A stretch of DNA of 64,000 nt, taken from assembly GCF_006345805.1 (NCBI RefSeq), contig NC_043021.1, positions 1,612,001 to 1,676,000 on the forward strand, in the 5' to 3' direction. The notes beneath the pieces were generated by a model, which worked only from the letters and a program-made list of their open reading frames with translations, was not told the DNA's origin and searched no databases. A program made the position numbers and the translations under genes. This document shows, one piece after another, positions 49,513 through 61,657 of the stretch (positions within the stretch are counted from its first letter, which is position 1; each line of letters opens with the position of its first letter). This DNA comes from Octopus sinensis. Its lineage: Eukaryota.

Positions 49513-50879
49513 TATATATATATAAACACACACAATGGGCTTCTTTCGGTTTCAGCCTACTAAATCCACTCACAATGCTTTGGTTGGCCCATGGCTATAG
49601 TAGGAAACACTTGCCCATGGTGCCACGCAGTGGGACTGAACCTGGAACCATGTGGTTGGGAAGCAAGCTTCTTACCACACAGCCACACCCTCGCATATGT
49701 GTTGCCTAAGTCTATATTTGTCCTGTGTCTGTGCTGCTGCAGATGTTACACAGCTTTGTCACGTCTCGGTGTCATTGTGTAGGTGTGGTGGTCGTGTCAG
49801 TGACACTGGCTGGGTTGCGGTTGTGGAATGGGGTGAACATGATAGGAACACCTGTAAGGTATTTCGATCGGAGCTCTGCTTTCGTTTTCAATTTGCCACA
49901 CCTTCACGAAAGCAAACCTTGCTGTGCAAAAGGTGCCCAACCCCACAAAAATTGCACTGCACTACCATCACATCGACATCAAGTGTGGGCCAGCCTTTGC
50001 TGAGAAGTGGGCCGCATGAGATATGGCCCCCACATTGCTTCTAAAAGCAATTCAAGGGTATTTATCCTTTAACTTGTTTCATTCGTTACTGTGGCCATGC
50101 TGGGGCACTGTCTTGAGGAATTTTAGTCAAACTAATTCATCCCCCCCCCCCAATGCTTATTTTGAAGCCTGGTACTTTTTGTATTGGTCTCTTTCTGAAC
50201 TGCTAAGTTATGGGGACATAAACACACCAACACCGGTTGTCAATCTGTAGTGATGGACACAATAATGAACATACATACAAAGGGCTTCTTTCAGTTTCCA
50301 TTATCCAAATCCACTCACAAATATTTGGTCGGCCTGAGGCTATAGTAGAAGACACTTGCCCAAGGTGCCATGCAGTGGGATTGAACCCACAAACTATCTT
50401 ATTTTTCGGAATTTTCAGAAAAGTTTTGCAAATTTGTATACTACATACAGGAATTCATACGATTATGCAAAACCAAAATAAAAAAGATAAATTGCTGTGT
50501 GATTTAAGGGCTATTTAGCTGTTATTTCTAGCACATCTGATGTCCCGGTTCAGGAGCTTCAGGGTTTTGAGGACTATGGAAACCCCACTCATAGCTGTTG
50601 TTGTTACTAGGTCTACTCTGACCCAGATTAGTAGCACCTGTAAGGGTCCTAGCTATGGGTTAATTTGCATAATAGGGGCTTACTTACCTATGCATGTGGA
50701 GGCTGTGGAAGAAATCTTCACGGGTCAATAGAGGGGTGGATGCTGCAGCAAGGCATTGTGGAGTGAAGAGAGGACAAGATGAAGCAAGCCAGACATCTTG
50801 GTCCTCTCCATCCCTGACCATCTTGACAATGTGCAACTCTTCTTCGCATTCAGAATGCTCCATCAACTCCAACGCTTAT

Positions 50880-51545
50880 TTTCGTTGGTGTGACTGTTTA
50901 TTTTTAGAATGGCATTGTAGGGTAGGTGTGAGAAGCCTGATTTGGTCAGTTTAACCTTTTGGCATTCGGATTATTCTAGCAAATCTAATCCTTATTGATT
51001 CACATTTTGTTTTCAGTTAACCCTTTAGTATTTAAACCGGCCATATCCGGCCAAAATAATTAATCTGTTTTATGTTCAAACTGACCAGATCCAGGCTCTC
51101 ACACCTACCCTACAATGTTATTCTACATTAAGTAATTACACCATCAAGATCTTGAAGATATGAGATAATGCATGATTAATTCAAATCAATGGGAATCAAT
51201 AGGCATTATGTTTGATTGAATAATCTGAACACTAAAGGGTTAATCATGCATTTTATCTCTAAACTTCAGAATTTCATTGATGTGATTCTTTACTTCTAAA
51301 ACGACATTGTAGGGTAGGTGTGAGAGGCTGGATCTGGCTACTTTGAACATACAGTTGAGTAGTTGGGCAGGATATGACCAATTTAAATCCTAAAAGCTTA
51401 ACCCTTTAGCATTTAATCCAGCCATATTCAGCTCAGATATTCTACCTGTTTTATGTTAAAACTGCCCAGATCCAACCTCTTACACCTACTCTACAATGTC
51501 ATTCTAAAAATATAGAAACTCGCCATTGAAATCGTGAAGCTATGA
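50880..51545. mobile_element. Cluster of piggyBac-like MITE pieces
   Basis: ttaaccctttag.att starts at ~51018 and ~51399, ctaaagggttaa end at ~51243; shares the cacacctaccctacaatg unit with 11983-12381. Confidence 0.75.
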
Positions 51546-52051
51546 GATAACACACGCAATCCTAAAGGCTTAAACAAACTCCCTGCACAAATCATCGGTC
51601 ATCCTTAAAGAGGACTAGATGCTCCTCATCACAGATGGTCAAACGTGGAGCAAGCCGACAGGATGGCCATGGATGGCATAACTTTCATATACCTTCACAG
51701 AGCTGGCATGAGGACTAATCGGAAACAGACTGCGCTTTTCATTCACTCTAGAGACCTACAAAACACTAAAAGCCAAACGCGTACCATCGTCGTGATTTAT
51801 TTCACCGACTGTGGTCCGCCCTCGCCCACCCATACAAACATTCTGGCCTGATTCCAAATGTAGCAACTTCTCCGTGCTATTATGTTCCAACGTAAACCAG
51901 ATTTTCAGTTCTCTTTACAAATAAAATGGTGATAGAGGAACAATACAATCCATTTTTATAGAGAAACTGTGTCGCCTTTTGTTGTGGCTGGGAAAACCTG
52001 TATTATATCTGTATTGAAATGTTAAGTAGGTACATCATCATCATCATATAC

Positions 52052-52069
<18 letters not shown>

Positions 52070-52083
<14 letters not shown>

Positions 52084-52490
52084 AAAGACCACATATGCAA
52101 TATCTGTGTGTGTATTTGTATGTGTCTGTGATGGAATGGTAAGTTGGTGCGTATATATATATATATATCTATATATAGTATGTGCATGTGTGTGTGTGTG
52201 CTTGAATGTATGTGTATATATATGTATGAATGCGTGTATACATGTACGAATGTGTGTATACATGTACGAATGTGTGGTGTGTGTGTGTGTGTAAAGACCA
52301 CATATGCAATATCTGTGTGTGTATTTGTATGTGTCTGTGATGGAATGGTAAGTTGGTGCGTATATATATATATATATCTATATATAGTATGTGCATGTGT
52401 GTGTGTGTGCTTGAATGTATGTGTATATATATGTATGAATGCGTGTATACATGTACGAATGTGTGTATACATGTACGAATGTGTGTGTGT
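52070..52490. repeat. Near-exact 209-bp tandem duplication of a composite microsatellite unit
   Basis: taaagaccacatatgcaatatctg at 52083 and 52292. Confidence 0.9.
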
Positions 52491-53029
52491 GTGTGTGTGT
52501 ATATAGACATGAATGTATTTATGTAGATGTGAATGTATAATGTATTTGTTTATGTGTAGGTATGTGTATGTATGTATGTGTATATATATATATACACACA
52601 CACATACATGCATGCATGTATACATATACATTTTCGATGCTGTTTGGTTTAAACAAATGAACAAAAATATGTCCTTCCCAAGAGCAGTCAACCATGAAAA
52701 CTTCTCTCCTTGCTCACAAAGCTTTCTCTTTTAGTCATTGTGAATAGCTCAACATATTTTGCTATTTCTCTCCTCTTTCATTCAGTCAAGGCTGATCGTC
52801 ACAAGTGACCGAGCAATGAGTTATTGTCAGGACATGAACATTTTTTTAAAAATTTTACTTGATATTGATGTGCAGAGGAGGAGGAGATGGTGGAGTTGGG
52901 GTGGGATGGGGGGGGGGGGGCTTTATGCATATTTTTACACCTGTTACAGGTAAACTGAATCTCATGAGATTTTCTGAATGGCCATGCCTAACGAAAAATC
53001 ATCTTGAATTGTTTTATTAGTGAGACTTA

Positions 53030-54272
53030 CCTGATGATGAGCCATGTCTCACCTGGGCCCATGTCTTGATAAAAAAATAGGCTCCTGTCCGTGATTTGAC
53101 CTTTTCCCAACGTACACAGCTTCTTTCGCTGTCGTATCTCTAAAAACCAGTTCCACAGAGCAAGTGCTGTTACTGCTTGTTGCGGGTCACTAAGTAGTTG
53201 AATGATTCATAGGTCGGTTTGTATCTGCTCAGGTGCACCCAAGGCCAAGGCATCATATAGTCAAGGGCTCTTTACCTAACAAAAAGTTACCTTCTCATGC
53301 AGCCCACTTCTCGTGAAATGCTGTCCATGTGTGTGACTAATCCTTCCCCTCACACATACAACTATTTCGCTATTGGGTCTCAAAGGACCAGTTCCAGAGA
53401 ACAAGCGTTGTTAACATTTATTGTATGTCACCTGGTAGTTGAATGATTCTTTACCTGCTTCGTACCTGGTCTGTGTTACTGCCCAGCAGTGATTGCAAGG
53501 ATATTTATTCAAGGCCAAGATGCTACATAATCTTGAATATTTTAAATAATGTAACCTGCCTGATGGTAATTAGTAAAGAACTAATTTATCTACCCTGAAA
53601 GGATGAAAGGTAAAGTCGACCTCGGCAGAATTTGAACTCAGAACATACCAATGGGCAAATCACCACTAAGCATTTCATCCAGCACGCTGAGTCTGCCAGC
53701 TCACCACCTTAATAATAATAATGATAATAACGATAATAATAATGCTCTGATGCAGTACCAGGCAGTGGCTCTCATGCAGCCCACTTTTCATAAAAAGTTG
53801 GCCATGTCTGTCTCAATGGACCAGTTCCACAGAACAAACACTTATAATTTATCGCATGTCTCCCAGCAGTTGAGCAATTGCTAAGTTCGTTCATATTGGG
53901 TCTGTGGGTTACTAACCTGCAGTGATTGCAGGTGTATCCAAGGTTGAGATGCTACAGAGCCAAGGACTCCTCCTTACGTAATGAAGAATTATCTTGGAAT
54001 TTTTTTGTAGCTCAATCTTCCTGATGCCGCTTTATGCCACATGTGGCCCACTTCTTGTGAAAGGTTGTCCATGCCTGAGACTAAATTTTCTCCCAGCATA
54101 CACTATAGGCGTAGGAGTGGCTGTGTGGTAAGTAGCTTGCTTACCAACCACATGGTTCCAGGTTCAGTCCCACTGCGTGGCACCTTGGGCAAGTGTCTTC
54201 TGCTATAGCCTCAGGCCAACCAAAGCCTTGTGAGTGGATTTGGTAGACGGAAACTGAAAGAAGCCCGTCGTA

Positions 54273-54319
<47 letters not shown>

Positions 54320-55120
54320 CTGTGTTTGTCCCCCCAACATTGCTTGACAACCAATGCTGTCCCCCATAACTTAGCGGTTCGGCAAAAGAGACCAATAGAA
54401 TAAGTACTAGGCTTCCAAAGAATAAATCCTGGGTTCGATTCGTTCGACTAACGGTGGTGCTCCAGCATGGCCGCAGTCAAATGACTGAAACAAGTAAAAG
54501 AGTAAAGAGTACTATTTTTGCTGTTGGATCTCAGTGGACCAGTTCCACAGAGCAAGTATTAATATCATTTGTTGCATGTCACCTTGCTGTTGAACAATTC
54601 ATACGTTGGTTCATACTGGGTCTGTGGGTTACTGGCCTGCAGTGAATGCAAGGGTGTCCAAGGTTAAGACACTACATTGTCAAGGGCTCCTTACATAACA
54701 AAAGATTACCTTCAATTATTTCAATAGGCCATCATTATTGTTTAACGTCCGTTTTCCATGCTGGCATGGGTTGGATGGTTAACACCTAATACCATTGTTA
54801 CAACTAATACCATTGAGACCAATACAAATTGTTGCTTGATTATGTCTTGAGTTGGCTCGTAGTGATCAAGCACATACCAGATGGTCATGGTAGGTGAGGT
54901 GGTGTCTTGCAGAGATGGGGATTGGCTGGGTTCCTCGTTGACAGGTTGCCCAAGAGGACTCAAGAGGGCCAGTGAAATATGGCAACAAATGATGAATGCT
55001 GCAACACACTGCAACAGTGTATGCTCCCACTCCTGCCCATGACCTTTTAGTAGTGTGGCCTCCCTGAAGATGAGCCATGTCTCACATGGCCCCTTTTCCA
55101 AGAACAAAGATTACCTGTGC
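53030..55120 (+). repeat. Old degenerate tandem repeat (at least 4 units, ~240-330 bp) interrupted by SINEs
   Basis: Anchor accagttcca.ag..caa at ~53146, 53388, 53820 and 54538, with matching downstream blocks. Confidence 0.75.
54108..54511 (+). mobile_element. SINE family B, full length (CYB5R intron 2)
   Basis: Head to gagtaaagagt tail. Confidence 0.9.
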
Positions 55121-55413
55121 CTAGTTAAGGGTAATGAAATTTGGAGTGGGTATATTGAATATTTGCAGTAAAATGAGTTAAGGGAGACATGGCTGTTATG
55201 TCTGACAATTCCATAAAGGTTCTCTTTGTTGGTGGTTTGGTCTACATTTGAAGATAAGTTACCATGGTTACAACAGACGCTACCACCACTTCCACCATCA
55301 CCACCCATTCCATTTCAGTTTGTAGTCTAACTCTAATGGTATTTCTTCTTCTCTGTTTTCTCCTCCTCCCGCCACCACCACCATTGCTGCTGCTGCTGCT
55401 ACCACCTCTGTAG

Positions 55414-55486
55414 GAAATCAGCCATGACACCCGTCGATTCAGGTTTGCATTAACGTCTCCCGAACACATATTGGGTCTACCTGTAG
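55414..55486 (+). CDS. CYB5R3: NADH-cytochrome b5 reductase exon 3 ([25 protein letters not shown])
   Basis: ctgtag| ... G|gtaagt; 73 nt; SHDTRRFRF and HILGLPVG motifs of the FAD-binding domain. Confidence 0.96.
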
Positions 55487-55743
55487 GTAAGTGGCAGAAG
55501 AGATTTTCTACCTTTCTCTTTCACTCTCTCTCTCGTACCCCTTCTCTCTCATGCTCTCACCTTCTTTCTTACACTCTCTCTCTTTCTTCGTTCTCTCTGT
55601 TCTGCTGTCTCTCCCGCTATCTGGACATCTTTCTTTCTCTCTTTCTCTGACTTTCTCTCTCTCTGTTTCTTTCTCACTATGCCTCCCCCCTCTCTCTCTC
55701 TCTCTCTCTCCTTTCTCTCTATCTCTTCCCTTGTCCTTTACAG

Positions 55744-55850
55744 GTCAACATATCTACCTGTCTGCTACGATCAATGGTGAGTTGGTTGTCCGACCTTACA
55801 CCCCTGTGTCCAGTGATGACGACAAAGGCTACATGGATCTTGTCATCAAG
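55744..55850 (+). CDS. CYB5R3: NADH-cytochrome b5 reductase exon 4 ([35 protein letters not shown])
   Basis: ttacag| ... AAG|gtatga; 107 nt; RxYTPxS flavin-binding motif. Confidence 0.97.
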
Positions 55851-57673
55851 GTATGACTATTTTTTTTTGTTTTTTTACCTTGTTTCTGTTGTTGTCTTTT
55901 TCATTTTTTCAACTCTTATCAACCCCTAAAAGGATGACAAACAAAATCTGAAATGTATTTATAGATAATCTTTTTAGAAGATACACATTCCTTAGACAGT
56001 TATGAGGAAGTAAGGTCAACTGGTGTCAATTATCTAAAACTCCTCTCACCTATGTCCCACTCCCCAAAAATTTTCACAACAAATTCTAAAATAATCAACA
56101 CTATCTGAAATGTATTTGTTGAAAATTTCATTTAAAAATATACATTGTTCAGAAAGTTATGGGAAAACAAAGTTTAGTGGAGGCAAAAGGGATACATCTG
56201 TAGTTAAGTATATGCAGGAACATTAACAGACACTATCTTGCTGTAAGATCACTGTGTCGCAGTGAATACAAATCATGAGGTTGAAATCTTCAATGATAAA
56301 GAAAATGTTTGAAGACCACATTTTGGTTTTAAAAATAAAATATATTAAAATTGGAATTTATAAGATTTTTCTAGACAAGGTAGATTTTAATAATTACTTT
56401 CTTTCTGTAAAAGTTACATACTTAAGACTAATTAAAACTTTATTACAATATAGATGGCTAAGTTGACATGAGTTATTTCCCTTGTTAGACACTTGACAGG
56501 CATGCTGCACTGACACACCTATGTGTATGTATGTATGTATGTATATAATAAACCTTTACATAAATAAATAACATGAAATACACGAAGGGACGAACAAAAA
56601 GACAAACGGGTCATTCAAAGCCTTCATTCTTCAGTCAGAAACTGATCCCTCATTGCAGATTTCGGCTGTTTAATTCTGAGATCCGCTCTGAATCAGCCAG
56701 CCACAGAAGGAAAGAATGCAACGCAACAGAGATGAACATGAAACGAAAAATCTTTTTTGGAGACAGTAACGGTTAAAAACATGGATGACACAGGCGCCCT
56801 ACGGCTTTGAGACAAAAAGAGAGACACAAAAACAATATCAGCAAGCGTGGAAAAATAATTACCTATTCGGTGATAAGACACATGTTGAACAAGCGGCCGA
56901 TGGAAACAGAATGGCTGAGGCAGCAAGTCGCAAGAGGGTAAGAGAGAGAGGGGACCAAGGAGGGTGGAAGGCGAGGACAGAAGCAGTGACCGAGAGAGAG
57001 AGGGAGAGAAGGAATCAGAGAGGCTGGGAGAAAAAGGCGCCAAAACAATTTGGCAACGAAACAATGGCGAAGGAAAGAAAATAGTTTAAAGACATCGTGC
57101 AGGGGTTTTGATATGATAAACATAAAGAAGTTATTATGCACGTAAACACATCGCTAATCTCACCAGGATAATTTTCCTGAACATAAAATTTGAATGTACA
57201 TAACACACAAACGCCACACAGAGAAGAAATATTCCCCCATGACACACACAAGCATACGAACATCACATACACCCAGAATATAAGAGAATGCAAACAACAT
57301 TACCGTCCGACACGGTTATTTGCCCAAAAGCCAAACCCAAGGGAGATAACTACTTGAAAAATGTCTTCTAGGAGTAGCGCCCCTTGATTTATTGATCTCT
57401 TTGAGAATATCTGCAAATTCACCGAGACTTTGTGTTCAGCCAAAATGGAGATGAACACCATTCCTCCATGGGATCGGCTTGAAAAATTATTAAGATAGTT
57501 TTCTTAACATAGGACCATTGGTAGCCTTAATTCACAAATATATTCTATCCACCAATGCAGTGTTGAGCGCTCATTTTCATCGTTCAGCATTTATATATAT
57601 GTGTGTGTGTGTTTGTGTCTGTCTCTCTCCAACTGCAAAATAACCTCCACCTGTTGTGTGTCTCTAATTCCAG

Positions 57674-57803
57674 GTCTACAAGAAAGGAATCCATCCTAAA
57701 TTCCCCAATGGTGGCAAGATGAGCCAACACGTGGATTCTCTCACCAATGAGGATTATATCGATGTCAAAGGTCCCTCTGGCCTTTTGACTTACCATGGAA
57801 ACG
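57674..57803 (+). CDS. CYB5R3: NADH-cytochrome b5 reductase exon 5 ([44 protein letters not shown])
   Basis: ttccag| ... G|gtaact; 130 nt; HPKFPxGGKMSQ and GPSG motifs. Confidence 0.97.
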
Positions 57804-58289
57804 GTAACTAGGCAACATCTTTTTCTCTTTACTTTCATCTTTTACATGTTTCAGTCATTGGACTGTGGCCATGCTGGAGCACTACTGGGAAGGGTTTTAA
57901 TTGGGGGAAAAAAAAACCCATTACTTTAGTTCTTGCTTCTTTGTTTTTGGAGGGGGAGGGAGTTAGCCTGTTATTCTTTTGGTTTCCTTTTGCTAAACTG
58001 TTAAGTTATGGGGATGTAAACAAACCAACAGTGATTATGAAGCAGTGTGGTGACAGACACACACACACATACACACGCACACACTCACAGTTTCAAGTTC
58101 AGACCCACTGTGGCACATTGGACAAGCATCTATAGCCCCAGGCTAACTACAGCCTTCGATGTGAATTTGGGTGATGGAGATTGAAAGAAGCCCATTGTGT
58201 GTGTGTGTGTGTGTGGTGCAGCCTCCTGGCTTCCCAGACTCCAGTCAAACCATCCAACCCATGCCAGCATGGAAAACGGACGTTAAACG

Positions 58290-58690
58290 ATACTCTTTTT
58301 ACTTGTTTCAGCCATTTGACTGCAGCCATGCTGGAGCACCGCCTTTAGTCGAGCAAATCGACCCCGGGACTAATTCTTTGTAAGCCCAGGACTTAATATA
58401 TCGGTCTCTTTTGCCGAACCGCTAAGTGACGGGGATGTACACACACCAGTATCGGTTGTCAAGCAATGCTAGGGGGACAAACACAGACACACAAGCATAC
58501 ATACACACACACATATATATATATATATACATATGCGACAGGCTTCTTTCAGTTTCTATCTACCAAATCCACTCACAAGGCGTTGGTTGGCCCGAGGCTA
58601 TAGCAGAAGACACTTGCCCAAGATGCCACGCAGTGGGACTGAACCCGGAACCATGTGGTTCGTAAGCAAGCTACTTACCACACAGCCACG
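58290..58690 (-). mobile_element. SINE family B, antisense (CYB5R intron 5)
   Basis: Near full-length reverse copy. Confidence 0.88.
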
Positions 58691-59533
58691 ATGATGATAT
58701 AGTTGAAATTTATAGAAAAACAAAAGACAGAGACAGGTGTATGAACAACAAGCAATTTGATCCTGTCCGAACTTCCTACTTTTTGGCCTTCCATTTCTGA
58801 ACCACTTCCTAAACTATCAGCACCTCTCTTCATCTACATACCAGCACTCCACCCGGATTACCACTGGATCTACTGACACTACCTTCATAGGTTTCACTGG
58901 ATTTTTTCTTTTATATATAAGGCAATGACAAAAGACCGAGACCTCTAGAGGTATGCTATGACTGAGAAGACCCGGCAAATAAAGTGAGTTCACAGCTGTA
59001 ACCTACACCAGTGTCACATAAGGAGCCCACTCAAAAAGTACCTTGGATCGTAGGGTGACATGCCTTGCTTGAGGAGACCTAATGAGTCAAGTACATCAAT
59101 ATCAATATCAAATGGAAATTGTAGTTGTGACACTTGTGCTGGTGGCATGTAAAAAGCACCGTCTGAACATGGCCGATGCCAGCTCCCCTGTGCTGGTGGC
59201 ATGTAAAAAGCACCCACTACACTCTTGGATTGGTTGGCATTGGGAAAGGCATTCAGCTATAGAAACCAAGCCAAAACAGACTGGGGCCTGGTGCAGCCTC
59301 CTGGCTTCCCAGGCCCAGTCGAACCGTCCAACCCATTCCAGCATGGAAAACGAACGTTAAATGCTGATAGTGATAATATATATATATATCAAGTGAAAAA
59401 CGGTATGGACACTTTGTTTTTGTTTTGGTGTCTCGTTCTGTTGTACACGACTATGAGGATTCGCATCCCCAATGAAACTCGTCCTTTTCCCAAACTTATA
59501 ATGTAATACATGTCTTTGGTGTGGTAATTGTGC

Positions 59534-59620
59534 GCGGCTGAAGATGACTATTGACATACATATTACATCAATTATGCATTGATATAAACTGTCTAATAAA
59601 GCCAGAAACATATGTACCAC
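59534..59620 (+). ncRNA. Minimal hammerhead motif with long stem II (ACATATGT palindrome), sense strand of CYB5R intron 5
   Basis: GCGG-CTGAAGA-(60-nt AT-rich hairpin)-GAAACATATGTA^CCAC. Confidence 0.5.
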
Positions 59621-59867
59621 TAAATCCTTTGCATCCTGTTTTTCTTTTGATAAATATAGATAGATAGATAGATACTGCTGTGTCTGGGGAGAGTCATTCC
59701 CTTTTAGTGCCTTATAATTTAACACTCACTGGTTTAGTTTCCACTCATTTACTTACATCAACCCTCAGTCGATGTAAGTAAATCAACTTAATCCCCTCCC
59801 GCAAATTTCAGACCTTGTGCTTCCAGTAGAAAGGATTATTATCATTATTATTATTATTATTTTCCAG

Positions 59868-59951
59868 GTGAATTCCACATCAAGCCTGATAAGAAATCCC
59901 CTCATGAGGTGGTTACTGTGAAGAAAATTGGAATGATTGCTGGAGGCACTG
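59868..59951 (+). CDS. CYB5R3: NADH-cytochrome b5 reductase exon 6 (EFHIKPDKKSPHEVVTVKKIGMIAGGTG)
   Basis: tttccag| ... G|gtaaga; 84 nt; GMIAGGTG NADH-binding motif. Confidence 0.97.
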
Positions 59952-60382
59952 GTAAGAGACACATTGCACTGGCACACTATGTCAGTGGCACATTTCACTG
60001 TTGTTCTCTTTTTTCATTATTCCTCACCCTGCAATCTCTCTCTCGTATCCTCCCTCTCTCTCTCTCTCTCTATTCCCCTTTACCCAGTAATGTCTCCTTA
60101 TATATGTTCTCTTCCCTCCCCTCTCTTTATCCGCTCTCTCTCTTTTCTCCCTCCCTCTTTCTCTCTGTATTCTCCCTCTCCCATAATGTCTCCTCATATA
60201 TGTTCTCTCTTCTCTTTTCCCTGCTCTCCTCTCTCTCCCTAATCCCCCCTTCCCCAGTAATGTCCCTACTCCACATACCTTCCTACAGCTTCCTATATCC
60301 CTCCCCTCTCCTCCCCCCCCACTGCCACCTCACTACGTCCATCATTCTCATTCTCCATTCTCCTCTCCTCTTCCTCCTCCAG

Positions 60383-60468
60383 GTATCACTCCAATGCTGC
60401 AGATCATCAAACAGATCCTCAAAGAGTCTCGCCACAATCTCGAAATGTTCCTCCTGTTCGCCAACCAG
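60383..60468 (+). CDS. CYB5R3: NADH-cytochrome b5 reductase exon 7 (ITPMLQIIKQILKESRHNLEMFLLFANQ)
   Basis: cctccag| ... CAG|gtacct; 86 nt; ITPMLQ and LLFANQ motifs. Confidence 0.97.
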
Positions 60469-60764
60469 GTACCTGTCTTACGCTTGTTTATCTTGTTTGC
60501 TTTTGGGGGTGTGTTTTTTTGTTGGTTTTTTTATTGCTTTTTTTGGATGGTGTTTGGGGTTTGAAACGGTCCAAGCATGGCCACGTGGTTAAGTTTTCTT
60601 TCCAACCATGTGGTTTCAGGTTCAGTCCCACTGCCTGGTGCCTTGAGCAAGTATCTTCTAACATACCCCTGGGCTGACAAAAATTTTGTATGTGAATTTG
60701 GAAGACAGAAACTGAATGAAGCCCATTCTATTCTCTCCCTCTCTCTCTCCCTCCCTCTCTCTCC

Positions 60765-60809
<45 letters not shown>

Positions 60810-60810
<1 letters not shown>

Positions 60811-61040
60811 GCAGTGAGCTGGCAGAAACGTTAGCACGCCGGGCGAAATGCGTAGCCGTATTTCGTCTGCCGTTACGTTCTGAGTTCAAATTCCGCCGAG
60901 GTCGACTTTGCCTTTCATCCTTTCAGAATCGATAAATAAAGTACCAGTTACGCACTGGGGTCGATGTAATCGACTTAATCCCTTTGTCTGTCCTTGTTTA
61001 GCCCCTCTATGTTTAGCCCCTTGTAGGCAGTAAAGAAATA
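60810..61040 (+). mobile_element. SINE family A, full length (CYB5R intron 7)
   Basis: Close to the family consensus. Confidence 0.9.
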
Positions 61041-61084
61041 TATATATATACCAGCTTCGCCTTACTGGCACTTGTGCCCCGTGC

Positions 61085-61304
61085 TAGTAGGGTATTAAGG
61101 GCACCATCCGAGCGTGATCATTGCCAGAGCGGCTATCTGGCCTCCGTGTCGGTGGCACATAAAAGACACCATTCGAGCGGTGCCAGTAAGGCGATGCTGG
61201 TAACGATCACGCTCAAATGGTGTCTTTTACGTGCCACCGACACGGAGGCCAGATAGCCGCTCTGGCAATGATCACGCTCGGATGGTGCTCTTAGCACCCT
61301 ACTA
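61085..61304. repeat. GC-rich fold-back: 95-bp arms, 30-nt loop
   Basis: 61085-61179 is the reverse complement of 61210-61304 with about 5 mismatches. Confidence 0.95.
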
Positions 61305-61557
61305 AGGTTAAAAATGTCTTAAAGAGTTATCTTTGTCTTCTTATTATTATTATTCGGATTATTTACTCCATGCCAAACCCACTTTACAGTGTGATGGTCA
61401 TGAAACTTAGATTTTTCTACACCTGAGGAATTCCTGCTTTGGCCTGGAACAGTATTTGGGTTGAGTGTTTCTCTGGAAATACCCTAACTTTGCACCCTAC
61501 CAGGACCTTAAACTTATCCCACACTATATATATATATATACTGTGTTATATTTTCAG

Positions 61558-61657
61558 ACTGAAAATGATATTCTGCTGCGCCCTGACTTGGAGAAAATTG
61601 CTGAGGATCACCCTGACCAGTTCCATTTGTGGTTTACTGTGGACAAAGCTGAACCAA
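61558..61657 (+). CDS. CYB5R3: NADH-cytochrome b5 reductase exon 8 ([33 protein letters not shown])
   Basis: ttttcag| ... A|gtttgt; 100 nt; TExDILLR and LWxTxD motifs. Confidence 0.95.

Noticed and set aside
56573-57084. ORFs of 67-123 aa in CYB5R intron 4, possibly a Penelope 3' region
   Set aside because: No recognisable RT or GIY-YIG motifs; the CTGAAGA and GAAA pieces at ~56620-56670 do not assemble into a consistent hammerhead.
59909-60592. 227-aa ORF, and the ORFs 47350-47661, 55491-55856 and 63536-63928, as single-exon genes
   Set aside because: Each is a real CYB5R exon extended by chance read-through into intron sequence; homology stops at GT/AG boundaries.
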